From an uncultured Solirubrobacterales bacterium (lineage in GTDB: Bacteria > Actinomycetota > Thermoleophilia > Solirubrobacterales > Solirubrobacteraceae): a DNA stretch of 64,000 nt. Every line of letters starts with the position of its first letter. Position 1 is the stretch's first letter. This document shows, piece by piece, positions 9,413 through 18,497 of this stretch. Below the pieces are notes generated by a model, which did no database searches, had not been told where the DNA came from, and worked only from the letters and a program-made list of their open reading frames with translations. Location of the stretch: the NCBI GenBank assembly GCA_963723555.1, contig CAVRRC010000004.1, positions 41,643 through 105,642 of the forward strand. The letters are read 5' to 3'. Made by a program: the position numbers and the translations under genes.

Positions 9413-11494
9413 TTACGCCGGCACAACCGCGACCTGGCGGTCGAAGTGCCGGTGCTGGGCGATCGCGTCCGCGAACGCGGCCGTGAACTGCTCCAGCTCT
9501 CCGTTGTCCGAGGCGATCGTGACCACGCCCGCCTCCGCGACCAGGCCGTCGTCGGACAGGCGGGCGTCGTTGAGCGGCGCGTCGCGAAGGAGGTCCACTC
9601 CCTCGCCCCATGCCGCCACCGGCTTGGCGTGCTTGTAGGCCTCGGCGACGTAGCGGATCGCGGCGCCGTTGGTCCGTAGCGCCTCGACGCTGCCGCGTCC
9701 GCCGGCGACGAGGACCGCGTCATAGAGGACCGAGGCCATCGTCAGCAGCGGGCGATCGACGGCCACCCCGCCCTCGAGCGTCCCCGCGTGCGGCGCGAGC
9801 ACCTCACACACGGCGCCGGCGCCGCGCAGCTTTCCGAGCACCCGCTCGAGCGCATCGCCGTCGACGCCGTCAGCCGCGAGCACTGCGACCTTGCGGGTCT
9901 CGACGCCCCGCGGCTGCTCGGCCTGGCTCAGCGCCGGGGAGGTGCGGCCGTGGTTCGGCTCGGTCTCGGCCGGCGCCGCCAGCCCCAGGCCCTCCGCGAC
10001 CGCGGACGCGAGCCCGTGGTCGACGCGGACGAGGTGCTCGAGCATCCGCTCGCGGATGTACTCGCGCTCGACCTTGCCGAGCTCGAACTTCAGCGCGTCC
10101 GCGATGTGCTGCTTCTCCCAGTCGCTCATCGAGTTGTAGAACAGCGTCGCCTGGCTGTAGTGATCCTCGAAGCTGGGGCTGCGCTTGCGGACCTTGGTGC
10201 CGTCCACCCGCTCCTGATAGTGGCGATAGGCGCCCTCGTCGACTGACGCCAGCGCGGGACAGCCCCCGCCGATCGAGTTCTTGTGGTAGGAGACCGGTGA
10301 GACGTCGATCCGGTGCTGGCCGTAGCCGTCGCGCTGATGATGGTGGACCTCGGCGATCGGCCGGTTGACCGGCAGCTGGGCGAAGTTCGGTCCGCCGAGG
10401 CGGATCAGCTGGGTGTCGAGGTAGGAGAACAGCCGCGCCTGCATCAGCGGGTCGTTGCTGAAGTCGATCCCGGGCACCACGTTGGCGACGTGGAAGGCCA
10501 CCTGCTCGGTCTCGGCGAAGAAGTTGTCCGGATTGCGGTCGAGCACCATCTGCCCGACGACCCGCAGCGGCACTTCCTCTTCGGGGATGATCTTGGTCGG
10601 GTCGAGCAGGTCGAAGTCGAAGTCGTGCTCGCGCTCCTCGGGCACGAGTTGGAGGCCGAGCTCGTACTCGGGGCCGTTGCCCGAGACGATCGCGTCCCAC
10701 AGGTCCCGGCGGTTGAAGTCGGGGTCGGCGCCGGCGATCTTCTGCGCCTCGTCCCAGACCAGCGAGTGCGCGCCAAGCTTCGGCCGCCAGTGGAACTTCA
10801 CGAACGTCCCCTTGCCCTCGGCGTTCACGAACCGGAACGTGTGTACGCCGAACCCGTCCATCGTCCGGAAGCTGCGCGGAAGCGCCCGGTCGGACATCAG
10901 CCACATCAGCATGTGGATGGTCTCGGGCTGCAGCGAGACGAAGTCGTAGAACGTGTCGTGCGCGGAGGAGGCCTGCGGGATCTCGTTCTGGGGCTCGGGC
11001 TTCACCGCGTGGACGAAATCGGGGAACTTGATCCCGTCCTGGATGAAGAACACCGGCATGTTGTTGCCGACGAGGTCGAAGTTGCCCTCGCGGGTGTAGA
11101 ACTTGGTCGCGAACCCGCGGACGTCGCGGACCGTGTCGGCCGAGCCGCGCGAGCCGCCGACGGTCGAGAAGCGGACGAACACCGGAGTCTCCCGGCCCGG
11201 CTCGGACAGGAAGTCCGCTCTGGTCACGTCCGCGAGCGACTCGGTGCAGGTGAAGGTGCCGTAGGCGCCGGCGCCGCGCGCGTGGACGATCCGCTCCGGG
11301 ATCCGCTCGTGGTCGAAGCGGGTGAGTTTCTCGCGGAAGTGGAAGTCCTCGAGCAGCGTTGGCCCGCGCTCGCCGGCGCTGAGCGAGTCGTCGGTGTGCT
11401 CGACGCGGACTCCCTGATCGGTGGTCAGGTGCTTGCCCTCGTGTCCGACGCGGTCGCGGTTCAGGTCTTCAAGCTTGCGCTCGGTGTCGCTCAC
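9413..11494 (-). CDS. katE: Large-subunit (HPII-type) monofunctional catalase
   Basis: Catalase core motifs (FDHERIPERIVHARGAGAYGTF, RLFSYLDTQ) plus a C-terminal DJ-1/PfpI-like domain. GTG at 11494 is preceded by GGAGGA (about 11499-11505). The ORF-track start at 11557 is probably an over-extension. Confidence 0.9.
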   Translation of the reverse strand: MSDTERKLEDLNRDRVGHEGKHLTTDQGVRVEHTDDSLSAGERGPTLLEDFHFREKLTRFDHERIPERIVHARGAGAYGTFTCTESLADVTRADFLSEPGRETPVFVRFSTVGGSRGSADTVRDVRGFATKFYTREGNFDLVGNNMPVFFIQDGIKFPDFVHAVKPEPQNEIPQASSAHDTFYDFVSLQPETIHMLMWLMSDRALPRSFRTMDGFGVHTFRFVNAEGKGTFVKFHWRPKLGAHSLVWDEAQKIAGADPDFNRRDLWDAIVSGNGPEYELGLQLVPEEREHDFDFDLLDPTKIIPEEEVPLRVVGQMVLDRNPDNFFAETEQVAFHVANVVPGIDFSNDPLMQARLFSYLDTQLIRLGGPNFAQLPVNRPIAEVHHHQRDGYGQHRIDVSPVSYHKNSIGGGCPALASVDEGAYRHYQERVDGTKVRKRSPSFEDHYSQATLFYNSMSDWEKQHIADALKFELGKVEREYIRERMLEHLVRVDHGLASAVAEGLGLAAPAETEPNHGRTSPALSQAEQPRGVETRKVAVLAADGVDGDALERVLGKLRGAGAVCEVLAPHAGTLEGGVAVDRPLLTMASVLYDAVLVAGGRGSVEALRTNGAAIRYVAEAYKHAKPVAAWGEGVDLLRDAPLNDARLSDDGLVAEAGVVTIASDNGELEQFTAAFADAIAQHRHFDRQVAVVPA

Positions 11495-11700
11495 GGTTTC
11501 CTCCTGCCTCACGGTGGTCTGCTTCGCGGCTACCCGAACTGCCGCCACCGTTACCATGCGACCGGCGCCAGCCGGCGGCCATTAACCGCCCTGGGCGGTC
11601 AGCCGCCGGCCGTGCAGACAGTGCCGCTCGGGCACCCTGTAACCGCCAGGGGCGGCCAGCACGACGAGCTGGATCGGGGTGATCGGAGATACTCCCCGGC

Positions 11701-12966
11701 GTGCTTGGCTCAACGGACCGTCCCGTGACCCCGACCGGCGCCGACGCCTCCGCGCCGTCCGGGCCCGACACCTCCGCGCCGTCCGGCCCCGACGCCTCGG
11801 CGCCGTCCGGCCCCGACGCCTCGGCGCCGTCCGGCCCCGACGAGCGCGCCTTCATCGCCCTGCGGGACGGGATCCGCACCTACGTCGAGGATGCCGGCGA
11901 GGGCTGGGCCGAGCGGATCGAGCGCGAGCGCCGCGTACCGGCGGAGCTGTGGGACGAGCTTCGGGACCGCGGCTACCTGCGGCTCGCCGCGCCGGCCGAG
12001 TATGGCGGCCAGGGCCTGCCGCTGACGCGGTACCTGGAGCTGCTCGAGACCTTCTCCATGTCGCACGGGTCGCTGCGCATGATCGTCCACGTCTGCAACG
12101 GGATCTGGCGGCCGATCGCGGCGTGGGCCACGCCGGAGCAGCGCGAGCGCTTTCTACTCCCGCTGGTCGCCGGCGAGATCAAGGTCGCCTTCGCCCTCAC
12201 TGAGCCGACCGCCGGCACCGGCGCCGACCTGCGGTGCGCCGTCGAGCGCGAGGGCGAGCGCTACTACGTCAGCGGCGAGAAGCACCTGATCACGTTCGGG
12301 ACGATCGCCGACTACCTGGTGCTGATCGCGCGGCTGAAGGGGACCGAGGGAGCGGCCGGAACGGTGGCGCTGATGGTGCCGCCCCGGGGCCAGGGCGTGC
12401 GGGCGACGGTGATGCCGGAGTCGATGGGCGTGCTCGGCACCGATCACGCCCACCTGGTGTTCGATCGTGCGCCGGTCCCGGTGGCGAACCGGCTCGGCGG
12501 CGAGGGCGACGGCCTGACGGTGGCGCTCGGCGGCTTCCTGGCCCCGAGCCGGATCTGCCTGTCGATGACCTGTGTGGGGCTGGCGCGGCGCGCGCTCGAG
12601 CTGGCGGTCGACTACGCCAAGCGGCGCGAAACGTTCGGGCGCAAGCTCGCCCAGCGGCAGGCGATCTCGTTCAGGCTCGCCGAGATGGCCACCGACATCG
12701 AGGCCGCGCGGGCGCTGGTCATGCAGGCGGCGCGGGAGTGGGAGCGCGACGGTGAGGCGGTCACGCAGGCCTCGATGGCGAAGCTGTTCGCCGGCGACAT
12801 GCTCCAGCGGGTGACCGACGCCGCGCTGCAGGTGCACGGCGGCATCGGATATTTCTCCCCGAGCCCGATCGAGCGGGTCTATCGCGACGCCCGGGCCCAG
12901 CTGTTCGAGGAAGGCACGGCCGAGATACAGAAGATGACGATCGCGCGGGAGCTGCTGCGAGCGTGA
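11701..12966 (+). CDS. Acyl-CoA dehydrogenase family protein with an N-terminal octapeptide-repeat extension
   Basis: ACAD-like blocks (AFALTEPTAGTGADL, RQAISFRLAEMATDIEAARAL, QVHGGIGY). The only in-frame starts upstream of the conserved N-terminus are GTG 11701 and GTG 11725. Both are upstream of the repeat. Confidence 0.85.
   Translation: MLGSTDRPVTPTGADASAPSGPDTSAPSGPDASAPSGPDASAPSGPDERAFIALRDGIRTYVEDAGEGWAERIERERRVPAELWDELRDRGYLRLAAPAEYGGQGLPLTRYLELLETFSMSHGSLRMIVHVCNGIWRPIAAWATPEQRERFLLPLVAGEIKVAFALTEPTAGTGADLRCAVEREGERYYVSGEKHLITFGTIADYLVLIARLKGTEGAAGTVALMVPPRGQGVRATVMPESMGVLGTDHAHLVFDRAPVPVANRLGGEGDGLTVALGGFLAPSRICLSMTCVGLARRALELAVDYAKRRETFGRKLAQRQAISFRLAEMATDIEAARALVMQAAREWERDGEAVTQASMAKLFAGDMLQRVTDAALQVHGGIGYFSPSPIERVYRDARAQLFEEGTAEIQKMTIARELLRA
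11743..11838. repeat. 24-bp tandem repeat x4 (GACGCCTCSGCGCCGTCCGGSCCC), in frame, encoding (SAPSGPDA)n
   Basis: Four consecutive near-identical 24-nt units read directly from the sequence. Confidence 0.9.
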
Positions 12967-13799
12967 GCTCGGCGACCAACCGAGCGCAGATGAGCCGGCT
13001 GGCCCCCTCGCCGCGGGACGGCTTCGAGGGCAAGATCGCGTTGATCACCGGCGGCTCGCGCGGGATCGGGCGGGCGCTGGCGCTGTCGCTCGCCGGCCGC
13101 GGCGCGACCCCGATCATCAACTACCGCCGCAACGAGGGCGCGGCGCGGGACACGGTCGCGCAGATCGAGCGGTTGGGGGGGACCACGCTGGCGATTCGGG
13201 CCGACCTCGCGAGCCTGGAAGAGACCGGCACGATGTTCGATCGGGTGCAGGAGCGCTTCGGCCGGCTCGACTTCTTCGTCTCCAACGCCTCAGCCAGCAA
13301 CTTCCGTCCGTTCATGGAGCTCAAGCCGCACCACCTCGAGCGGACGTTCAACGTCAACGTGCGCGCGTTCGTGATCGGCACCCAGCGCGCCGCCCGGCTG
13401 ATGCCCGACGGTGGCCGGGTCGTGGTGCTCTCCAGCTACGGCAGCCTGCGCACGTTTCCGACCTACGCGAACCTCGGGGCGGCGAAGGCGGCGATCGAGA
13501 TGTGGGCCCGGTACATGGCCGTCGAGCTCGCCCCCGAAGGAATCAATGTCAACGTCGTCAACCCCGGGATCATCGAGTCCGACTCCTCGGAGTTCTTCTA
13601 CAACACCGGTCTGGTGGCGCCGCTCGAGACCGTCGTGCCGAGGATCCCCAAACAGCGCCTGGGCCTGGTTCAGGAGGTCGCCGACTGCGTGCTGTTCCTG
13701 CTCTCGCCGGCATCCGAGTACGTGACCGGGACGACGCTCTACGTCGACGGGGGCCTGACCGCGATTGCCCCTCCGTTCCCCTCCGACATGGCGGACTGA
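12963..13799 (+). CDS. Short-chain dehydrogenase/reductase (SDR)
   Basis: TGGSRGIG Rossmann motif, NASA motif and a Y-x3-K catalytic pair (YANLGAAK). GTGA overlap with the upstream ACAD gene. Confidence 0.85.
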   Translation: MSSATNRAQMSRLAPSPRDGFEGKIALITGGSRGIGRALALSLAGRGATPIINYRRNEGAARDTVAQIERLGGTTLAIRADLASLEETGTMFDRVQERFGRLDFFVSNASASNFRPFMELKPHHLERTFNVNVRAFVIGTQRAARLMPDGGRVVVLSSYGSLRTFPTYANLGAAKAAIEMWARYMAVELAPEGINVNVVNPGIIESDSSEFFYNTGLVAPLETVVPRIPKQRLGLVQEVADCVLFLLSPASEYVTGTTLYVDGGLTAIAPPFPSDMAD

Positions 13800-14825
13800 G
13801 TGCGCTACATCGAGATCGATGCGGGCGCGGCCCGGCTGCGCAACGGCCCCGAGCCGGAGACCCCCCCGGGGTTCGCACGGGTGCGCGTACTCGCCTGCGG
13901 CGTCTGCGGCACCGATTTGCACCTGCTCCGCGGGATGGTGCTGCCGCGCGGCGCCTCCTACCCGGTGCGGCCCGGTCACGAGGTCGCCGGCATCGTCGAG
14001 CACGTCAACGGAGACCAGGCGCCGGTGGCCGAGGGCGATCTGGCGATCCTGCACCCGCTGGCCCCGTGTGGCGAGTGTCCGGCTTGCCGGCGGGGGGAGG
14101 ACCAGCGCTGCGTGGCGCTGCGCACGCTCGGCGTTCACGATCCGGGCGGGTTCGCCGAGGTCGTCGCCTGGCCGGCTTCGCGGATGCTGCCCGCCAACGG
14201 CATCGAGCCCGCGGCCGCCTCTCTGCTGGCCGACGCCGCCGCCACCGCGCACAACGCGTTCAAGCTCGCCAACGTACCGCCGGGCGGCGCGCTGTGCGTG
14301 TTCGGGGCCGGCGGGCTCGGCACCGCTGCTTTGGCCATCGCGCGGGCGCTCGATCCCGACCTGCGCCTGGCCGCGGTCGTGCGCAGCGAGGCCAGCGCCG
14401 CGCGGCTCGGAGCGCTCGGCATCGAGGTCCACTGCGGGCTCGAGGGGGCGGCGCGCGCGCTGCGCCGGAGCGCCGGCCGGATGGACTCGGTGATCGATTT
14501 CAGCAATCAGGCGGCCGCGCCCGCCGAGGGCCTGGCTTTGCTCCGGCGAGGGGGCCGTCTGGTGATCGGCTCGATCGTCGACTCGGAGCTCACGCTCGGA
14601 GCCTCGAGCGCCTTCATGGCCCACGAGCTTCAGGTCGTCGGCGCCTACGTCTCGAGCCTGGATGACCTCGCGGCCGTGATCGAGATGGAGCGCCAGGAAC
14701 GCCTGAACACGAGCGCCTGGGTCACCCACCGGCGGCCCCTCGAGGAGTTCGACGACGCGGTGCAGCTCGCCGAGCGCCGCCCCCCGGGCACGGTTCGCGT
14801 GGTGGTCGAGTTCGACGCGGAGTGA
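13800..14825 (+). CDS. Zinc-binding medium-chain alcohol dehydrogenase family protein
   Basis: GVCGTDLH and PGHE motifs, a structural-zinc Cys cluster (CGECPACRRGEDQRC) and GAGGLG. Confidence 0.8.
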   Translation: MRYIEIDAGAARLRNGPEPETPPGFARVRVLACGVCGTDLHLLRGMVLPRGASYPVRPGHEVAGIVEHVNGDQAPVAEGDLAILHPLAPCGECPACRRGEDQRCVALRTLGVHDPGGFAEVVAWPASRMLPANGIEPAAASLLADAAATAHNAFKLANVPPGGALCVFGAGGLGTAALAIARALDPDLRLAAVVRSEASAARLGALGIEVHCGLEGAARALRRSAGRMDSVIDFSNQAAAPAEGLALLRRGGRLVIGSIVDSELTLGASSAFMAHELQVVGAYVSSLDDLAAVIEMERQERLNTSAWVTHRRPLEEFDDAVQLAERRPPGTVRVVVEFDAE

Positions 14826-14847
14826 TGCCCCGGCGTACAACTCAGGC

Positions 14848-15204
14848 ATGACCAGCCATGACCTCCAGCGAGCGCTCGAGGGCCTCTCCACCGAGCGCAT
14901 CCGGCGGCTCGCCGACCGTCTCGAGGAGGCTCCCGACAGGGAGGTCACCGTCGGCGCCTGGGCTCCCCGATGCCCCATGATGCTGGCCGGATTTGACCCC
15001 GCTGCCGCGGCCACGTACACGCCCGAGCAGTACTTCGAGGACACCTGGAACCGCTTCGCGCTGCCGGCCCCGACGCCTTGGTGGACCGTTCCCGTTCCGC
15101 TGAGCGCCGGCCGCGCAGCCCGCCGAGCCGATGTGCAGCAGCTGCGGCGGGCGACCCACTGCGTGCTCGCCGCCCGTTCGGGCTGGCGGCTGGTGAAGAC
15201 GTGA
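14848..15204 (+). CDS. Hypothetical protein
   Basis: 118-aa ORF in operon position. Its stop overlaps the next gene's GTG (GTGA). No family recognised. Confidence 0.45.
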   Translation: MTSHDLQRALEGLSTERIRRLADRLEEAPDREVTVGAWAPRCPMMLAGFDPAAAATYTPEQYFEDTWNRFALPAPTPWWTVPVPLSAGRAARRADVQQLRRATHCVLAARSGWRLVKT

Positions 15205-15905
15205 CCGAGCCCCCGGGGCCGCCGACTGACCACGTCCAGCCGGCCTTCCTGTTCGATCTCGACGGCACCCTCGTCGACAGCGTCTACCAGCACGTCGTCG
15301 CCTGGCGCGAGGCGCTCGAGGGGGTCGGCATCAACCTCGCGGTTTGGAAGATCCACCGCCGGATCGGGATGAGCGGCGGGCTGTTCGTCAACGCGCTGGC
15401 TCGTGAGCTTGACACGGATCTCGACCGCGCCACGCTCGCCGAGCTTCCCTCGCTGCACGCCGACGCCTACATCCGCCACTTCGACAGCGTCCGCCCGCTG
15501 CCCGGCGCGGGCGACCTGCTGGCCACGCTCAGCCGGCACGGAGTGCCGTGGGCGATCGCCACGAGCGGCTCGGAGCGCTACGCCAGGCTCTCCTTGGAGC
15601 TCCTCGAACTGCCGCCCGAGACGCCCCTGGTCACCCGCGATCAGGTCCGCTACGCCAAGCCCGACCCGGACCTGTTCGTGACCGCCGCCGCCCGGATCGA
15701 GGTCGACATCCGCGAGAGCATCGTCGTCGGAGACTCGGTGTGGGACCTGCTCGCCGCCCGGCGGGCGCAGGCGCTGGGGATCGGCCTGCTGTCGGGCGGC
15801 TACGGCCGGGAGGAGCTGATCTACTCGGGCGCCTTCCGCGTCTACGAGGACCCGCGCGACCTGCTCGCGCACCTCGACGAGGTCGGGGTCCGCCGCCCGC
15901 TTTGA
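15201..15905 (+). CDS. HAD-superfamily hydrolase (phosphatase-like)
   Basis: FLFDLDGTLVDS (motif I), AIATSGS (motif II) and VVGDSVWD (motif IV). GTG 15201 is coupled to the upstream stop. Confidence 0.8.
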   Translation: MTEPPGPPTDHVQPAFLFDLDGTLVDSVYQHVVAWREALEGVGINLAVWKIHRRIGMSGGLFVNALARELDTDLDRATLAELPSLHADAYIRHFDSVRPLPGAGDLLATLSRHGVPWAIATSGSERYARLSLELLELPPETPLVTRDQVRYAKPDPDLFVTAAARIEVDIRESIVVGDSVWDLLAARRAQALGIGLLSGGYGREELIYSGAFRVYEDPRDLLAHLDEVGVRRPL

Positions 15906-15971
15906 GTCTTCGAGGACCTGAGGCCGCCGGCGCAGGTCTCCAGCTGCGCCGGCGGCCATCGACCCTGTCGG

Positions 15972-17129
15972 TCAGCGGGTCCCTTCGAACTGGGCCGCGT
16001 CCGCGGCGCGGGCGAGGCGCTTCATGAACCTGAAGAACGCGTCCGACTGGCCCCGAAACAGCCCGTCGGCGGTCAGGAAGGCCAGCGCGCCCATGGCCGC
16101 GCCCTTGGTCTCGGTCGGGCGGATGATCGACACCCGGGGGAACTTCCGGCGCAGGAAGATCGTCGGCTCGGGCATGATCAGGTTGCTCTGGAACAGCTCG
16201 CCGCCGAACGGCGGAGAGTTGAGGTCCGGGAACACCAGCCCGTTCGTCGGGTCCGTCAACGGCGGCGCGTTCCCCGCCTTGTCGCTCCAGGTCTGGAAGT
16301 GCATCGTCTCCGTGGGTCCGATGCTGAGCAGGACGCGCAGCACCTCGGGGTCGGTGACCCTCTGGGCCAGCGACGGGTAGACGCTGGTGCCTCCCTGCTC
16401 GATGGTGGCGAAGTGAAAGCCGGCCGTGTTGGCGATCGCCTGTAGGTGCTTCTCCGGCTTCAGGTCGTCATTGGTTCTCGGAATGGCCGGGAACTCGCCT
16501 TCGAGAAGCCCGGGGACGGCGGGCGGGAACGTGTCGCCGAAGTCGGGGTTCTTGTCGCCGCTGCGGTATCGCGTCCACCACGTCGTGTCGACGGTCAGCT
16601 GCATCAGGTTCGTCAGGCGCTTGATCTGCTGGGCGCCCGTCGCCTTGCTGCTGGGCAGCGTTCGGAACGGCTCGAGATCGACCGCTTGGCCTCCCCGCGC
16701 CTCGACGTAGGCGTTGAGGAACTGGAAGTGGCTGAACTCGTCGTCGGTGTTGTCGTGGATGTACTGCGCCATGTCCGAATCGAGCTTGGAAATGGCCTTG
16801 GTGTAGGCCGGGTTTCCGGACCCGCCGGGCACCTCGCTGTCCTGGATCCCACCCAGCTCGTTGTACTGCTGCCAAAAATCGGCCTCGAGGGTCTCCAAGG
16901 CGGCCAGAAAGCGGAGAATCGCCTCGTCTCCGGCGGTCAGGCTGCCCTTCGCCGAGGCCACGGACACGCCGGTCAGAAGGCCGGCTCCCACGGCTCCGGC
17001 GCCGGCGGTGGCCAGGAACGTGCGCCGGCTGCTCAGGTTGCGCCCGTTCGCCGGCTGGTTGCTGCGCGGCTGCGACTCGGAGGATCGCGTCTCAGACGAC
17101 CCGCTTGAACCAGAGGACCTGCTGCTCAT
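15972..17129 (-). CDS. Tat-exported ferritin-like domain protein
   Basis: Twin-arginine signal (SRRTFLATAGAGAVGAG). Ferritin_2-like helices (ILRFLAALETLEADFWQQY, DDEFSHFQFLNAY). ATG 17129 is preceded by GGAG; the ORF-track TTG at 17165 is less likely. Confidence 0.75.
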   Translation of the reverse strand: MSSRSSGSSGSSETRSSESQPRSNQPANGRNLSSRRTFLATAGAGAVGAGLLTGVSVASAKGSLTAGDEAILRFLAALETLEADFWQQYNELGGIQDSEVPGGSGNPAYTKAISKLDSDMAQYIHDNTDDEFSHFQFLNAYVEARGGQAVDLEPFRTLPSSKATGAQQIKRLTNLMQLTVDTTWWTRYRSGDKNPDFGDTFPPAVPGLLEGEFPAIPRTNDDLKPEKHLQAIANTAGFHFATIEQGGTSVYPSLAQRVTDPEVLRVLLSIGPTETMHFQTWSDKAGNAPPLTDPTNGLVFPDLNSPPFGGELFQSNLIMPEPTIFLRRKFPRVSIIRPTETKGAAMGALAFLTADGLFRGQSDAFFRFMKRLARAADAAQFEGTR

Positions 17130-17177
17130 ATGAGGACTCCATTTGCTTGTTGACACAGTTCTCAAAAGCGACCCCCG

Positions 17178-17263
17178 ATCGCGCCGTGGGCGCTAGGGGG
17201 CGCGCGCGCGTCGCATCCCCATCGCGCCGTCGGCGCTAGGGGGCGCGCGCGCGTCGCATCCCC
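17178..17263. repeat. 43-bp tandem direct repeat x2 (1 mismatch) containing a GCGCGCGCGC core
   Basis: ATCGCGCCGTSGGCGCTAGGGGGCGCGCGCGCGTCGCATCCCC occurs twice back to back, just upstream of the ferritin-like gene start. Confidence 0.9.
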
Positions 17264-17377
17264 GCTGGTGCGGCTGGGTGCCCGAAACCGCGGGGCCAAC
17301 GCCCACATGCCTGAGATTCATCCATTGCGTTCGCGTAAATCGTGTGGCCGCTGCACCGCGGCAGCCCATCCCCCATG

Positions 17378-17404
17378 CGGTTCGGCTGAACCGAAAATTC
17401 AGCC
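17378..17404. promoter_or_regulatory. Two overlapping, mutually exclusive hairpins (CGGTTC-GGCT-GAACCG and GGCTGAA-CCGAAAA-TTCAGCC)
   Basis: Perfect 6-bp and 7-bp stems share nucleotides 17384-17393. Strand and function are unknown. Confidence 0.25.
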
Positions 17405-17436
17405 CTTAGGCGCCTTGACGCCGTGAGCGACGGATT

Positions 17437-17498
17437 CCTTCCCGCCGGGTTCGGTCACCTTCCCGCCGGGTTCGGTCATCTCCCGCCGGGTCCGGTCA
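17437..17498. repeat. 21-bp tandem repeat x3 (CCTTCCCGCCGGGTTCGGTCA)
   Basis: Two perfect copies and one degenerate 20-nt copy in the 657-bp divergent intergenic region. Confidence 0.9.
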
Positions 17499-17822
17499 CC
17501 GCGAGTGGCGGCGTCGCAGCGGTTCGGGCCGCGCGTCGCACGGGTGACGCGCGGCCCATGAACCACCGGGGATCGCACCGATCCTCGGGCCCCCAGAGCC
17601 AAGAGGGCATCCCCTTGCTGGCGGGCCTTCCGTGCCCGCCGACTGACGATGCGGCACGTCCTCGGAGTAATGGGCAGGGTAAGCCGCCCGGCGCCGGCAA
17701 ACCAATGGGGTCTGCACCCCATCTTCACGCCCGCAGATGGGGCCTCGTCTCCATTCCGCCCTCGCCCTCCGCCGAGCACCCTTGGTGGGAAGCACGTAGC
17801 TCCAACGCCAACCGGAGGAACG

Positions 17823-18497
17823 ATGATTTCCGTTGCCGAACATGCCGACTGGGAGGTCTTGCCCGAGCACATCCAGCCAGAGACTCGGGAGCAGTTGCGC
17901 CTGCTCGTCGTGGACGATCACCCGGCGGTGCGCCGGGGCCTGCACGAGCTGCTGGAGGATCAGCCCGATTTCCACGTCCTCGAGGCCGTGTCTTCGGCGG
18001 AGGAGGCGATGTCGGTCGCCGAGCGTGAGCCGCTCGACGTGGCTGTCGTGGACTACCAATTGGGCGGCCGCAGCGGTCTGTGGGTCAGCCGCAAGCTCAA
18101 GCGCCTGCCTTCACCGCCACGGGTCCTGATCTACTCGGCGTACTGCGACGGGTTGCTCGCCGCCTCGGCGGTGGTGGCCGAGGCCGACGGGCTGGTGAGC
18201 AAGGGTGGACTGGGATCGGAGTTGTGCGAGGCGATCCGGGCCGTCGCCGGCGGCCGATCGATGTTGCCCCTGGTCCCTCCGGAGCTGGCCGAGGTCATGC
18301 GTCGACGGCTTGATGGTGATGAACAGGTGATCTTCGGGATGTCATTGGCCGGGATCCCCCCGGCCGAGATCGCGAAGACGTTGGGGATTCCCGCGTCTGG
18401 CCTGGAGTCGCGACAATGGGAGATGTTGCGCAAGCTCAAGGCGATGGGCGTCGATCTGGACCGCCCCTCGATGGGGACGCGACCGGCGCTCGGTTGA
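17823..18497 (+). CDS. Response regulator with a divergent LuxR/FixJ-like C-terminal HTH
   Basis: Receiver motifs (LLVVDDHP, VAVVDYQLGG, LIYSAY). C-terminal HTH-like segment (IPPAEIAKTLGIPASGLESRQWEMLRKL). ATG 17823 is preceded by GGAGGAA. Confidence 0.8.
   Translation: MISVAEHADWEVLPEHIQPETREQLRLLVVDDHPAVRRGLHELLEDQPDFHVLEAVSSAEEAMSVAEREPLDVAVVDYQLGGRSGLWVSRKLKRLPSPPRVLIYSAYCDGLLAASAVVAEADGLVSKGGLGSELCEAIRAVAGGRSMLPLVPPELAEVMRRRLDGDEQVIFGMSLAGIPPAEIAKTLGIPASGLESRQWEMLRKLKAMGVDLDRPSMGTRPALG

Noticed and set aside
13290-15959. 889-aa minus-strand ORF spanning the SDR, ADH, hypothetical and HAD genes
   Set aside because: It is antisense to four genes with clear family motifs. Its composition is Arg/Ala/Gly/Pro-dominated with no domain signatures. 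It is a GC artefact.
17178-17498. Tandem repeats considered as a possible CRISPR array (also 42921-43000 and 51046-51125)
   Set aside because: The repeats are directly adjacent with no unique spacers, have only 2-5 copies, and no cas genes are present in the window.
17399-17872. 157-aa minus-strand ORF in the long intergenic region with a repeated TEPGGK peptide
   Set aside because: The peptide repeat is just the translation of the 21-bp DNA repeat. The rest is Arg/Gly-rich, and no start context or family was recognised.
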